Of a DNA stretch of 64,000 bases, positions 38,987-48,081 are shown one piece after another; position 1 is the stretch's first letter; the number at the start of each line of letters is the position of its first letter. This DNA is from an uncultured archaeon (GTDB lineage Archaea > Thermoproteota > EX4484-205 > JAAOZP01). The translations under genes and the position numbers were made by a program. The notes under the pieces were generated by a model. The model was not told the origin of the DNA, did no database searches, and worked only from the letters and a program-made list of their open reading frames with translations. Where the stretch lies: positions 1-64,000 of the forward strand of contig CALIBN010000006.1 in NCBI GenBank assembly GCA_938045545.1, written 5' to 3'.

Positions 38987-39613
38987 GTGAGGATTGAGCC
39001 TAGGAAAACTGTGGAAATAGACGTTTTAGAGGAAGACCTGTTCGTCGGAGAAGGTTCAACCATCAAGGCGAAGACAGGTGAAATGATCATTGTGAAAGGA
39101 GTTGTGGAGTTTGAGGGGGATTGTAATATCCTTTCCAGCTTACGTGCTTCCGGCCTCCGCCTCAAAGACGAGGGGAGGATTAAAGTTCAGGGCGACCTTA
39201 TCGTAGAGGGGTCCATCGACCTCGAGGACGGGGAGCTGTGGGTAAGCGGGAGGCTTGAGGCTCAAGACGTGGACGTCGGAAAGATGGTCAAGGTGGGCAA
39301 GGGCCTGAGATGCTCGGAAATAAGCGTCGGAGGAGCTTTAGAAGCCATGGGCAACGTAGAAGCTGAGAGAATAGATGTGGGGGGAAGGGCCTCTATTCAA
39401 GGAAACGTGAAGGGACGTGACCTCAACGTAGGGGGAGCCCTAACCGTTAAGGGTTTAACGGAGCTTGAAAGCCTTGACGTGGGCGGCATGGCGAGGATCA
39501 GCGGCGGGAGAATACTCAATATAAGCGTCGGAGGATCCTTCGAGTCGACCGGAAAACTGTCCTTCGAGGAGTTGGATGTTGGAGGAGTTGCGAAGTTAAA
39601 GGCGGTGGGTTGA
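38987..39613 (+). CDS. Beta-helix repeat protein (bactofilin / YhbE-F-like polymer-forming protein), N-terminal part
   Basis: About 17-aa repeats with [IL]xVGG cores (ISVGG, IDVGG, LNVGG, LDVGG). Confidence 0.7.
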   Translation: MRIEPRKTVEIDVLEEDLFVGEGSTIKAKTGEMIIVKGVVEFEGDCNILSSLRASGLRLKDEGRIKVQGDLIVEGSIDLEDGELWVSGRLEAQDVDVGKMVKVGKGLRCSEISVGGALEAMGNVEAERIDVGGRASIQGNVKGRDLNVGGALTVKGLTELESLDVGGMARISGGRILNISVGGSFESTGKLSFEELDVGGVAKLKAVG

Positions 39614-39614
39614 G

Positions 39615-40217
39615 ATGGAAATAAAGGGTTCTCGCATTTCGGTGGGCGGTAGTCTAAGGGTTGAGGGGGACGCGGAGATCGACGAAGTAGAGGTAGGAGG
39701 GACAATCAAGGTTGAGGGTTTCATAAAGGCGAAGAGGATTGAGGTTGGAGGAGCGCTAAGTGTTGATGGGAATGCCTCCGTGGAAAACAGGCTGGAGGTG
39801 GGCGGGGTAGCGAAGGTGAGCGGGGAGCTGAAAGCCGGCATAGTCGAAGTGGGCGGCGCTTTGAAGGCTGACGTCCTTTTCGCTGAGGTCGCGAAAGTCG
39901 GCGGGAGGGTTGAGACCAGAAGGGGCTCAAGGGTCAGGACGTTCGAAATAGGGAAGAAGGGGGAGGTTATAGGCCCGATCGTCGCGGAGAACGTCAAAAT
40001 AGGCCGTAAGGCGAGCGTTGAGGACATCTACGCCGACCGGCTTGAACTCGGAGAAGATTCTTCCGCCCGCAACGTCTACGCGAGGGAAGCATATTTGAGA
40101 GAGGGATGCGAGGTCACGGGGGAGCTCCTTTACGTCGATAAGCTGGAATTGGGGAGAAACGTCAAAACGTATTCCGAGCCTCGAAAGGTGGAGAAGCTGC
40201 CCGAGCCCTCCACTTAG
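39615..40217 (+). CDS. Beta-helix repeat protein, C-terminal part (probably the same gene as 38987-39613)
   Basis: Repeats continue (ISVGG, VEVGG, IEVGG, LEVGG, VEVGG, AKVGG). Deleting one T at 39610/39611 gives a single 409-aa ORF. Confidence 0.7.
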   Translation: MEIKGSRISVGGSLRVEGDAEIDEVEVGGTIKVEGFIKAKRIEVGGALSVDGNASVENRLEVGGVAKVSGELKAGIVEVGGALKADVLFAEVAKVGGRVETRRGSRVRTFEIGKKGEVIGPIVAENVKIGRKASVEDIYADRLELGEDSSARNVYAREAYLREGCEVTGELLYVDKLELGRNVKTYSEPRKVEKLPEPST

Positions 40218-40255
40218 AGCCCCCTATAGTTACAACTAGAATATGGTGGAAACGC

Positions 40256-40516
40256 ATGGGCAGGCCCAAGAGGCATAGGCTCCAACTGTATGCGGATATC
40301 CTCAGGGTCCTGAGGGTCTATGAGGGGGGCTGCGGGATAACGAGGCTATCGTACGGGGCCAACATGCCCCTGGACAGGGCTAAGAGGCTCGTTGGAGAGC
40401 TGATTTCTCACGGTTTGATAGGTAGAAGGACCGATGACCCGAGAATATTCGTCTTAACAACCAGGGGAATGGAATTCCTGAATGCCTTCGACAAGCTTGC
40501 AATGTTCCTCGAATAA
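40256..40516 (+). CDS. Archaeal winged helix-turn-helix transcriptional regulator (HTH_45-like)
   Basis: RHRLQLYADIL, ITRLSYGANM, FVLTTRGMEFL. Confidence 0.82.
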   Translation: MGRPKRHRLQLYADILRVLRVYEGGCGITRLSYGANMPLDRAKRLVGELISHGLIGRRTDDPRIFVLTTRGMEFLNAFDKLAMFLE

Positions 40517-40616
40517 CTCTGAACCCAATACAACGCTTGAAAGGACAGCGTGGTTCAGATCGAGGGGAATGGCAAGACTTATTTAGTCATCATTACCGCC
40601 TGGTCAAGAAGGAAAA

Positions 40617-41960
40617 ATGTCCGTGCTTACGGATGGGATGAAGGCAGCCGAAAAACTCCTCCGCGAATGGAGGGGGGAATCGTACGTGTTTGGGGAGAAC
40701 GTACTGAACAGGGTCGGAAGTCTCGCGAAAGAATATGGGGACTATGCCCTCGTAGTGGCGTCGAGCGCCAACCCCTGGATTCAAAAACTGCTGGCAAAGG
40801 TTTCTGACTCCCTTAATGAGCAGGGGGTTAAGCATGATGTTGTGCTGGGCTCCAGGCCCAACTCTCCCTTGGCAGACCTTTACAGGATAGCTTACCATGC
40901 TGCACTATACAGGCCCAAGAGCATTATTGCACTGGGAGGAGGAAGCACGATAGACGCCGTCAAGGCTGCAAGCGTGCTGGCCACCTATTCGCCTGCTGAA
41001 GTGAGCCGCACATTGGGAGTAAGCTGGGATAAGGCTTGCACAATAGAGCCGTATTTCGGCACAGGTCTCGTCACCATGATGAAGAAGGCGACGGGCAGGG
41101 ACATCATGCCGGTTATTGCGGTGCAAACAGCCTCAGGCTCAGCCTCCCACCTGACCAAGTATTCGAACATAACTGACCCCGTGGCTGGGCAGAAGAAGCT
41201 GATCGTAGACGAGGCCATAGTTCCGAAAAAGGCTGTCTTCGACTACCTCGCGACGCTCGGTGCGCCAAGGGATCTAACTGTCGACGGGGCTCTCGACGGC
41301 ATTTCCCACATCTGGGAAGTATTCATGGGGGCAACTGGCAAAGACTACTACGGCAGGATAAAGGAGATCGCTCAGATTGGAATAAGGCTCATAGTGAACA
41401 GCCTTAGGCAAGCCGTAGAGAGGAACGATTTGAAGGCTAGGGTTGCCCTCGGACTCGGGACCGATCTTGGAGGATACGCTATAATGATTGGTGGAACAAG
41501 TGGTCCTCATCTCGGTAGTTTCTCGCTAGTCGACGTCCTGACGCACGGTAGGGCGTGCGCGATTCTCAACCCTTACTACACAGTGTTCTTCGCCGACAGG
41601 ATAGAGGATCAGCTTACAACTATCGCTCCAATACTTAGAGACGCAGGCCTCATAAGTGAGGACCCGCATGTTCTTAAGGGTAGAAAGCTGGCTGAAACCG
41701 TGGCTAAGGGCTTCCTCTCTTTCTACAGGTCTCTAGGGATTCCAACTACGTTGAAGGAGGCTGGGGCTTCAAGGCTGCACCTGGAACGCATGATGCTTGC
41801 GGCAAAAGACCCGCAGCTCAAGATGAAGCTGCTTAACATGCCAATACCATTAGACCCTGAAAGAGGAGATATAGAGAGATACATGAGAGGAATATTGGAG
41901 GCAGCGTTCACAGGAGACCTTAGCCTAATAAGCAGTATGACCCTAGCTAGGCTCAGTTAA
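40617..41960 (+). CDS. Iron-containing alcohol dehydrogenase family protein
   Basis: GGGSTIDAVK, TASGSAS, DGISH, PH...HG metal ligands. Confidence 0.85.
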   Translation: MSVLTDGMKAAEKLLREWRGESYVFGENVLNRVGSLAKEYGDYALVVASSANPWIQKLLAKVSDSLNEQGVKHDVVLGSRPNSPLADLYRIAYHAALYRPKSIIALGGGSTIDAVKAASVLATYSPAEVSRTLGVSWDKACTIEPYFGTGLVTMMKKATGRDIMPVIAVQTASGSASHLTKYSNITDPVAGQKKLIVDEAIVPKKAVFDYLATLGAPRDLTVDGALDGISHIWEVFMGATGKDYYGRIKEIAQIGIRLIVNSLRQAVERNDLKARVALGLGTDLGGYAIMIGGTSGPHLGSFSLVDVLTHGRACAILNPYYTVFFADRIEDQLTTIAPILRDAGLISEDPHVLKGRKLAETVAKGFLSFYRSLGIPTTLKEAGASRLHLERMMLAAKDPQLKMKLLNMPIPLDPERGDIERYMRGILEAAFTGDLSLISSMTLARLS

Positions 41961-42092
41961 TAGAGCATTTGGCGTATTGAACCACCTTAAACCAGCCTTA
42001 TGCCTGTTAAAACCGGGTGCCGACAGTAATGCTTAATAGTTAAATAATATTTCCAGACATGAACAGCCCTGACGGAGTTTGCAAGAATACCT

Positions 42093-43103
42093 GTGATCGA
42101 CTGCCACATGCATGTAACAAGCATCCAGGAGACCAGTAACGTTCTCCAAATAGTTTCCGAGGCGGGTTTCCACAGAACATCCCTCTTAAGCATTATAGAT
42201 GATAAGAGGGTTAATTTTAACCCTGAAGTATTGTTTCTAAAGGCTTTACACCCGGAAATGTTCTACGCTTTCGGAAGCCTTGACTACTCTTTCGTTTTCA
42301 CAGGCAGCCAGCCTCAACCGCTTCGCGACCAGGTGGACAGGCTTCTAAACATCGGGTTTGACGGGGTTAAAATGGTTGAGGGGAAACCTGTTTGCAGGAA
42401 AATTTTGAAAATCAGGTTTGACGACCCTTTCTACGAGGATTATTTTGCACGCCTCGAAGAGACTGGGCTTCCCCTGCTTTTTCACGTCGCCGACCCCGAG
42501 GAATTCTGGGATCCCGTGAAAGTTCCGGTTTGGGCTAAGGAGCAAGGCTGGTTTTACGACCAGACTTATCCTCCGAAACAACAGTTCTACGAAGAGGTTG
42601 ACACCGTCTTAGAGAAGCATCCCGGTTTAAAAGTCGTATTCGCGCATTTCTATTTTCTTTCTGCAGACATAGCGGCAGCCTCAAGCTTCCTAGAGAAATA
42701 TAAGAATGTTCATTTCGACCTGACTCCGGGAATAGAGATGTATCATAATTTTTCGATGAAAAGAGAGGCTTGGCGGGGATTCTTCGTAAAATACGAGGAT
42801 AGGATTCTTTTCGGCACTGATATTTTCGGCGGCGAGAGGGTTGAAAGCGCTTTAGCTAAGGTTCAGCTGGTCAGGGGGTTTCTGGAAACCGATGAAGGGT
42901 TAAATCTGCCGAGGCATACTTTGGAGAAAGTATATTGTTCGAATTTCCAGAGAATCGTAGGCCCCAGGCCGAGAAAGCTCGATTTCGACCTTGCTGTAGA
43001 AGAGTGTGGAAGACTAGCTAGGGAGGAAGCACTTCTAAGCTCGCGGCCTCTGGAAGAAACCGTTGCTTGGACTGTTGCCGGAAAAATAAGGAGCCTAGCC
43101 TGA
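42093..43103 (+). CDS. Amidohydrolase-family (Amidohydro_2-like) protein
   Basis: IDCHMH, GVK, LFHVAD, FAHF, LFGTD. Confidence 0.85.
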   Translation: MIDCHMHVTSIQETSNVLQIVSEAGFHRTSLLSIIDDKRVNFNPEVLFLKALHPEMFYAFGSLDYSFVFTGSQPQPLRDQVDRLLNIGFDGVKMVEGKPVCRKILKIRFDDPFYEDYFARLEETGLPLLFHVADPEEFWDPVKVPVWAKEQGWFYDQTYPPKQQFYEEVDTVLEKHPGLKVVFAHFYFLSADIAAASSFLEKYKNVHFDLTPGIEMYHNFSMKREAWRGFFVKYEDRILFGTDIFGGERVESALAKVQLVRGFLETDEGLNLPRHTLEKVYCSNFQRIVGPRPRKLDFDLAVEECGRLAREEALLSSRPLEETVAWTVAGKIRSLA

Positions 43104-43260
43104 TCTCAACAATCTCTTCCAACGATTCAGCGGGAACCCGCATAATAGATTTTCAAGGCCATTGAATGTGCTGCGGACAACAGCAAACAGTATGCTGAAC
43201 CCTAGCATAGTGTTTTCCTCAGTCAAGGTTAATATTCCGGTGTAGTGTCTAATCTACGGG

Positions 43261-44118
43261 TTGGAGAAGCCTCGCGTAAGGCAAGTATCAGCCTTAATTC
43301 CGAGTTTTCTAGCATGCAAAATCGCCGGGCAACTAACGGCTAAACCGGGTTTCGAGCAGGCGCCAGTAACCAGCAAGTATGAAGCAATAAGAGGAAGGTT
43401 AAGAGGTAAGACTGTGATAATATACCGTTCCGGCAGTATTGTCTACGACGAGGCTCTTAAAGAAGTCAGAAGCATGCTTGAGGAGGCCCTTTACGACTAC
43501 TATAAGGCTGCCGGCATCCTCATTGGATCGGATGAGGCGGGTAAAGGAGAGGCCCTCGGGCCCCTTGTTATTGCCGCAGTTGCGTTAACACCAAGGCAGG
43601 CAGCGTATCTCCAATCAATAGGTGTTGCAGACAGTAAGATTATTCCTGAGAACAGGATTCTGGAACTTGCAAAAAGTATTAAACGGTTTTCACTCGGCTA
43701 TAGCATTTTGAGAATTCCTCCGTTTAAGCTTAACGAAATGTTTAGGGCAAAGGAGAAGCACGGTAACTTGAACGATATACTTGCAAAAGCACACTGTAAA
43801 GTTTTAAAGTCTGTTCTTTCAAAGATCTCTGAGAAGCCTTCTCAAATAATAATTGACAAATTTGATTCCAGTAAAACTAATAGGCGGACAAAGATTATTG
43901 AGAACGCTCTCAACGGTTTAAGGGTCCAGGCGATTGAAAAAGGAGAGGTTTTCCCAGCGGTGGCAGCGGCAAGCATACTGGCTAGGAGCAGCTACTTAAA
44001 ATGGATAAGTAGAAAACTCGATGTGGAGACGCTGAGAAGAGTTAAGGAGGGAGAGTATAGTGCTGTCGGAGCTAAGGAAAGCCTTCCACAATATTTCAAG
44101 ATGTGCTATTTAAAGTGA
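43261..44118 (+). CDS. rnhC: Ribonuclease HIII (TBP-like N-domain plus RNase H type 2 domain)
   Basis: N-terminal YEAIRGRLRGKTVIIYRSGSIVY; IGSDEAGKGE..GPLV, GVADSK, IIIDKF, EKGE..AVAAASILAR (DEDE set). Confidence 0.78.
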   Translation: MEKPRVRQVSALIPSFLACKIAGQLTAKPGFEQAPVTSKYEAIRGRLRGKTVIIYRSGSIVYDEALKEVRSMLEEALYDYYKAAGILIGSDEAGKGEALGPLVIAAVALTPRQAAYLQSIGVADSKIIPENRILELAKSIKRFSLGYSILRIPPFKLNEMFRAKEKHGNLNDILAKAHCKVLKSVLSKISEKPSQIIIDKFDSSKTNRRTKIIENALNGLRVQAIEKGEVFPAVAAASILARSSYLKWISRKLDVETLRRVKEGEYSAVGAKESLPQYFKMCYLK

Positions 44119-44181
44119 ACCATACTGTAATATAGCTGTTATTCGAGGCGCTAGACAGGGAAAGCTTTAAAATCCGTCCTG

Positions 44182-44904
44182 ATGCTTAAGGTAATTGTGC
44201 TGACGAAACTGCTCTATATGGATGACTCGTACCTGAGGGAGTTTGATGCTAGGGTTGTTGAAATCTCGGGGGACAACGTGATACTTGAGAGAACAGCATT
44301 CCATCCTAGGGGAGGAGGTCTTCCAGATGATACGGGTGTTTTTCTAAAAGAAGGGAGGGCAACTAAGGTTGTTCAAGTTTTAAGTGAAGATGGAAAAGTC
44401 CTGCACTCGGCACCGGGCCATGGGTTTAGTGTCGGAGATTCTGTGAAGGGCATCCTAGACTGGGAGAGGAGGTATTTAATCATGAGAATGCATACCGGCA
44501 TCCACGCTTTGGCCTCGGTTTTTAACAAACGAACAGGGGCTTTAATAACTGGAAACCAGGTTAACGTGGATAAGTCTAGGCTTGATCTGAATCTTGAGAA
44601 GATGGATAGGGCTTTGATAGATGATGTTTTCAACGAGACCAACAGGGAGCTTGCCTCAGGAAGAAACGTTAAGATATATTATCTTCCTAGGGAGGAGGCT
44701 CTTAAAATACCGGGGATAGTTAAGCTTGCTGAGGCGGCACCACCTAACGTTGAGAAACTCAGAATAGTTGAGATTGAAAACCTAGATGTTCAGGCTGACG
44801 GTGGGCCTCACGTGGCCAACACGAGAGAAGTTGGAGAACTGATTCTCTTGAAAATAGAGAATAAAGGGAAGAACAATAGAAGGGTCTACTTCACCTTAAG
44901 ATGA
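44182..44904 (+). CDS. alaXM: Alanyl-tRNA editing protein AlaX-M
   Basis: LLYMDDSYLREFDA, TAFHPRGGG, RMHTGIH, QADGGPHV, KGKNNRR. Confidence 0.92.
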   Translation: MLKVIVLTKLLYMDDSYLREFDARVVEISGDNVILERTAFHPRGGGLPDDTGVFLKEGRATKVVQVLSEDGKVLHSAPGHGFSVGDSVKGILDWERRYLIMRMHTGIHALASVFNKRTGALITGNQVNVDKSRLDLNLEKMDRALIDDVFNETNRELASGRNVKIYYLPREEALKIPGIVKLAEAAPPNVEKLRIVEIENLDVQADGGPHVANTREVGELILLKIENKGKNNRRVYFTLR

Positions 44905-45154
44905 TTTTAGAGGAAAAAAGAAAAGAGGACGGAAGCTCTTCTCCGACTTCTGCATAGAAGTCAATCCGGTCCGGTTTTTGTCCATTTGCCTCAATTTGCC
45001 CATTGGATTCTCTCTTTTTTATTTCCATCTTTGCATCGAAAGGAAGAGAGCTCGCTATTTTTTATTTTTTCCTTCAGAGGTTTTTTATCTAGAAGTATGT
45101 ATGGCTTTTTCTCTCGAGTAAAATATTTATAACAATGCGCCCTCCCTCAGCATC

Positions 45155-45619
45155 GTGGAGATGCCCACCCTGTATGCCCTCTGCGGTGTCGCAACGAGCA
45201 TTGGTGCTCCCATGGCCGGTTTACTAGTCGACAGATACGGGGGACCTACTCTCACTCATCATCAGGGATGCTCCATCCCTTCCACTCCTCCTTACCTTCG
45301 CGCTAGCTCCGCTACCCATGGCTGCGGCATCGCTAGCATTTCTGGCCTTCCTTGCACAGTTGAGCAGAGGATCGAGTCGATACTTGGTGGAGAAGACGAA
45401 GCAAGAGCACAGGGGTCTAGTAATGGGGTTCATGAATGCCGTGGGGAAGTGTCGGCGATACCAGGCCCCCTACCTGGAACTCTCCTCTGGAAAATCTCCC
45501 CTCGTATCGTCTTCGTGATTCCCGCTGCAGCAATACCAGTGGGCATTGCAATGCTCCTTGCAACGCTTAAGATCGACAAAAAGCCTAAACTTCCAGCCGA
45601 AGAATTGCAGCACTGTTGA
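45155..45619 (+). pseudogene. Fragment of an MFS transporter (C-terminal half), frameshifted
   Basis: APMAGLLVDRYG, shifted EHRGLVMGFMNAVG, PGPLPGTLLW; no N-terminal half. Confidence 0.6.
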
Positions 45620-45729
45620 CAAATGTTTATTATTTCGCAAGTGATCCTATGGTCAGGTTGAGGGAAGCAGGTGCACTGAAGGAAGAACAATAGGAAAGTT
45701 TACTCATCCAAAGTGGAGTTGGTTCCGAA

Positions 45730-46089
45730 TTACAATGCGAGCAAAGCCTCGCTTTTTCTAAGCTGCTGCGTTACTGGGTCGACTTCGAGCCCCAAGCTTT
45801 CTAACCCATGTAAACCTAAGACGTTTCCATCTTTCTCTTCCGCAAAGACTACTAGGGTAGGTGCCTCCTCCCCCTCGTATTCTATAAGTATGTGTCCGAC
45901 CTCTCTTTCTACTACATCGCCTCTTATGGTTTTGAACCTCATCCTTCTAACCGGTTTTACACCCAACTCTTCCAATGTTTTTCTTGAAACCCAGGAGTAA
46001 GTGGCTCCTGTATCTACAAGTAGCCTTAATTCTTCCCGCTTTGTTCCGGCTATTGCCCGCACTTTGACAAGTACGTATGTTTCTCCCAA
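45730..46089 (-). CDS. Clan AA (retropepsin-like) aspartic protease, single domain
   Basis: LLVDTGATYSWV, VLGLHGLESLGLEVDP. Confidence 0.85.
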   Translation of the reverse strand: MGETYVLVKVRAIAGTKREELRLLVDTGATYSWVSRKTLEELGVKPVRRMRFKTIRGDVVEREVGHILIEYEGEEAPTLVVFAEEKDGNVLGLHGLESLGLEVDPVTQQLRKSEALLAL

Positions 46090-46255
46090 AGCCCGATATT
46101 CTCAAGCGGCGCTTCATTTATAAACTATTCTACTATTCTGGCAGATAATAAATCAAGACGATACTAAGCGGGGGAAGTGTGCATAAACTGTCCGTGTATT
46201 CACCCGGTATTTTTAACTAAATGCTTTTAACCGGGCATCTTTATGCTGCACATAA

Positions 46256-47461
46256 TTGCCTGAGGAAAACCGGATCGGTTTAAGAAGAAGCGTGTATGAG
46301 GCGATTCTTCTCTTCGGCATAGTGAGCCTGATGGGAGACGTGATATACGAGGGTTCGAGAGGAGTAGTGCCAGATTACCTTAAGTTTCTCGGTGCTTCCG
46401 CAGTGGTGGTTGGACTGGTAAGCGGCTTTGGAGAGTTCCTGGGCTACGCGGTGAGAATCCTAAGCGGGTACCTTGCTGACTTAACCAAGTCATACTGGCT
46501 GTTTACATTCATAGGTTACGGGCTTATCGTAGCAGTTCCCCTTCTATTTTTAAGCAATATGTGGACCGTTGCGATCATTCTCATCATTCTTGAAAGAATT
46601 GGGAAAGCCATTAGGACGCCGGCGCGAGACACGTTGCTCTCAATAATCGGCAGAGGGTCTGAAACCGGTAAGGTCTTCGGGCTCCACGAGTTTTTCGACC
46701 AGATTGGAGCCATCATAGGCCCGATGCTAATGTCGATAGCGATGCTTTATACTTACAACAATTATCAACTATCCTTTAGTCTCATGTTCATCCCCTATAT
46801 CATATTAATACTAGCCTTATTCTATGCTTTCATAAGGATTGGAAGAACTATAAGCATTGAGAAAACACCAAGAGGTGGAATAAAGGGGAAGCTGGACACT
46901 AGGTTTAAAACTTATGTCGCCGCTGTTTTCTTCAACACGTTCGGACTGATTCCTGCCAGCCTCATACTTTACAAAGCATCCACACTGCTCAGCGCCACGG
47001 GCCAGCAATGGATTGTCCCAATCCTCTATCTTGTGATTCAAGCGGTCGACGCGCCCATCGCGATAGTGTCCGGTTACTTTTACGATAAACATGGTTTAAA
47101 AATTCTGTCACTACCATTCCTCCTATCAATAGCTCCATCGCTAATAGCTTCGCTTCAGCCGAGCCTACTCTCTCTAACAATTGCTTCAATATGTTTTGGA
47201 ATGGTTCTGGGCATGCAGGAGTCGATTTACCGTGCAGCCGTGTCAGACTTGGTGGAGGTTAACATCAGGGGTTCTGCATACGGAGTTTTTAACACTGCTT
47301 ATGGATTGGGGATGCTTCTGGGAGGATTAGCCTACGGGTTTTTCACTGATACTGGTTTTGCAATAACTGTTGTAGCTTTTTACTCCATAAGCCTACAGCT
47401 TGTTGCAATACTACTCCTTAGAAAAACCTTTAGCAAGGCAGGTCCACAGAAGGTTTTATAA
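46256..47461 (+). CDS. MFS transporter
   Basis: VSLMGDVIYEG, ERIGKAIRTPARD, DQIGAIIGP, RGSAYGVFN. Confidence 0.9.
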   Translation: MPEENRIGLRRSVYEAILLFGIVSLMGDVIYEGSRGVVPDYLKFLGASAVVVGLVSGFGEFLGYAVRILSGYLADLTKSYWLFTFIGYGLIVAVPLLFLSNMWTVAIILIILERIGKAIRTPARDTLLSIIGRGSETGKVFGLHEFFDQIGAIIGPMLMSIAMLYTYNNYQLSFSLMFIPYIILILALFYAFIRIGRTISIEKTPRGGIKGKLDTRFKTYVAAVFFNTFGLIPASLILYKASTLLSATGQQWIVPILYLVIQAVDAPIAIVSGYFYDKHGLKILSLPFLLSIAPSLIASLQPSLLSLTIASICFGMVLGMQESIYRAAVSDLVEVNIRGSAYGVFNTAYGLGMLLGGLAYGFFTDTGFAITVVAFYSISLQLVAILLLRKTFSKAGPQKVL

Positions 47462-47493
47462 AGATATTTGGAGACAATATGTTTTGAAGAACC

Positions 47494-47958
47494 ATGAGTA
47501 GGACGGTTCAAGGGTTCAGAAGGGTGACGCAGATAGGGATTGTCGTGAGGAACATTGAGAAAAGCGTTGAAACATGGGGGAAACTCCTAGGCGTAAAGGC
47601 TTCTGGGATAGTGGAGACCGGGCCCTTGGAGGAAACAGGCATGAAGTATAAGGGTAGGGCTGCGGAGGGAAGGGCTAAACTAGCGTTCCTACAGCTTGAG
47701 AACATAACTATTGAGCTGATAGAGCCCGTGGGTGGACCCAGCACCTGGAGAGACTTTTTAGAGAAGCATGGGGAGGGTGTGCACCACATAGCGTTCAACG
47801 TTGAGAACATGGAGCATGCCGAGAATAGCCTTAGAGAGATCGGTGTTGAAATAGATCAGGAGGGGTTTTTCACAGGAGGAGCCTATGCCTACACGAATCC
47901 TGAAAGCCCCCTGGGAATCATAATAGAGCTCCTAGCGCATAACTCCCGACTCCGATAA
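47494..47958 (+). CDS. VOC / glyoxalase family (methylmalonyl-CoA epimerase-like) protein
   Basis: QIGIVVRN, IELIEP, FLEKHGEGVHHIAF, IIEL. Confidence 0.87.
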   Translation: MSRTVQGFRRVTQIGIVVRNIEKSVETWGKLLGVKASGIVETGPLEETGMKYKGRAAEGRAKLAFLQLENITIELIEPVGGPSTWRDFLEKHGEGVHHIAFNVENMEHAENSLREIGVEIDQEGFFTGGAYAYTNPESPLGIIIELLAHNSRLR

Positions 47959-48081
47959 TCCGCACCCATAGTAATCCTTAACCCAGTTTTTCCCACCCCT
48001 ATGTGTCGAGTCTTGAAGCATGAGGCAGAAACTGCCCCTCAGCGACAAAGTTAAAATCTCTCGGCTGCTTAATTATTCGGG

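Noticed and set aside
39611-39613. TGA between the beta-helix ORFs as possible selenocysteine or read-through
   Set aside because: The downstream ORF is in a different frame, so read-through would not join them.
44794-44814. AlaX DGGPH in place of CGGTH
   Set aside because: Known variant in crenarchaeal-type AlaX-M proteins; not novel.
45730-46089. Retropepsin-like protease as evidence of a retroelement
   Set aside because: Stand-alone clan AA proteases are common in archaea, and no RT, integrase or terminal repeats are nearby.
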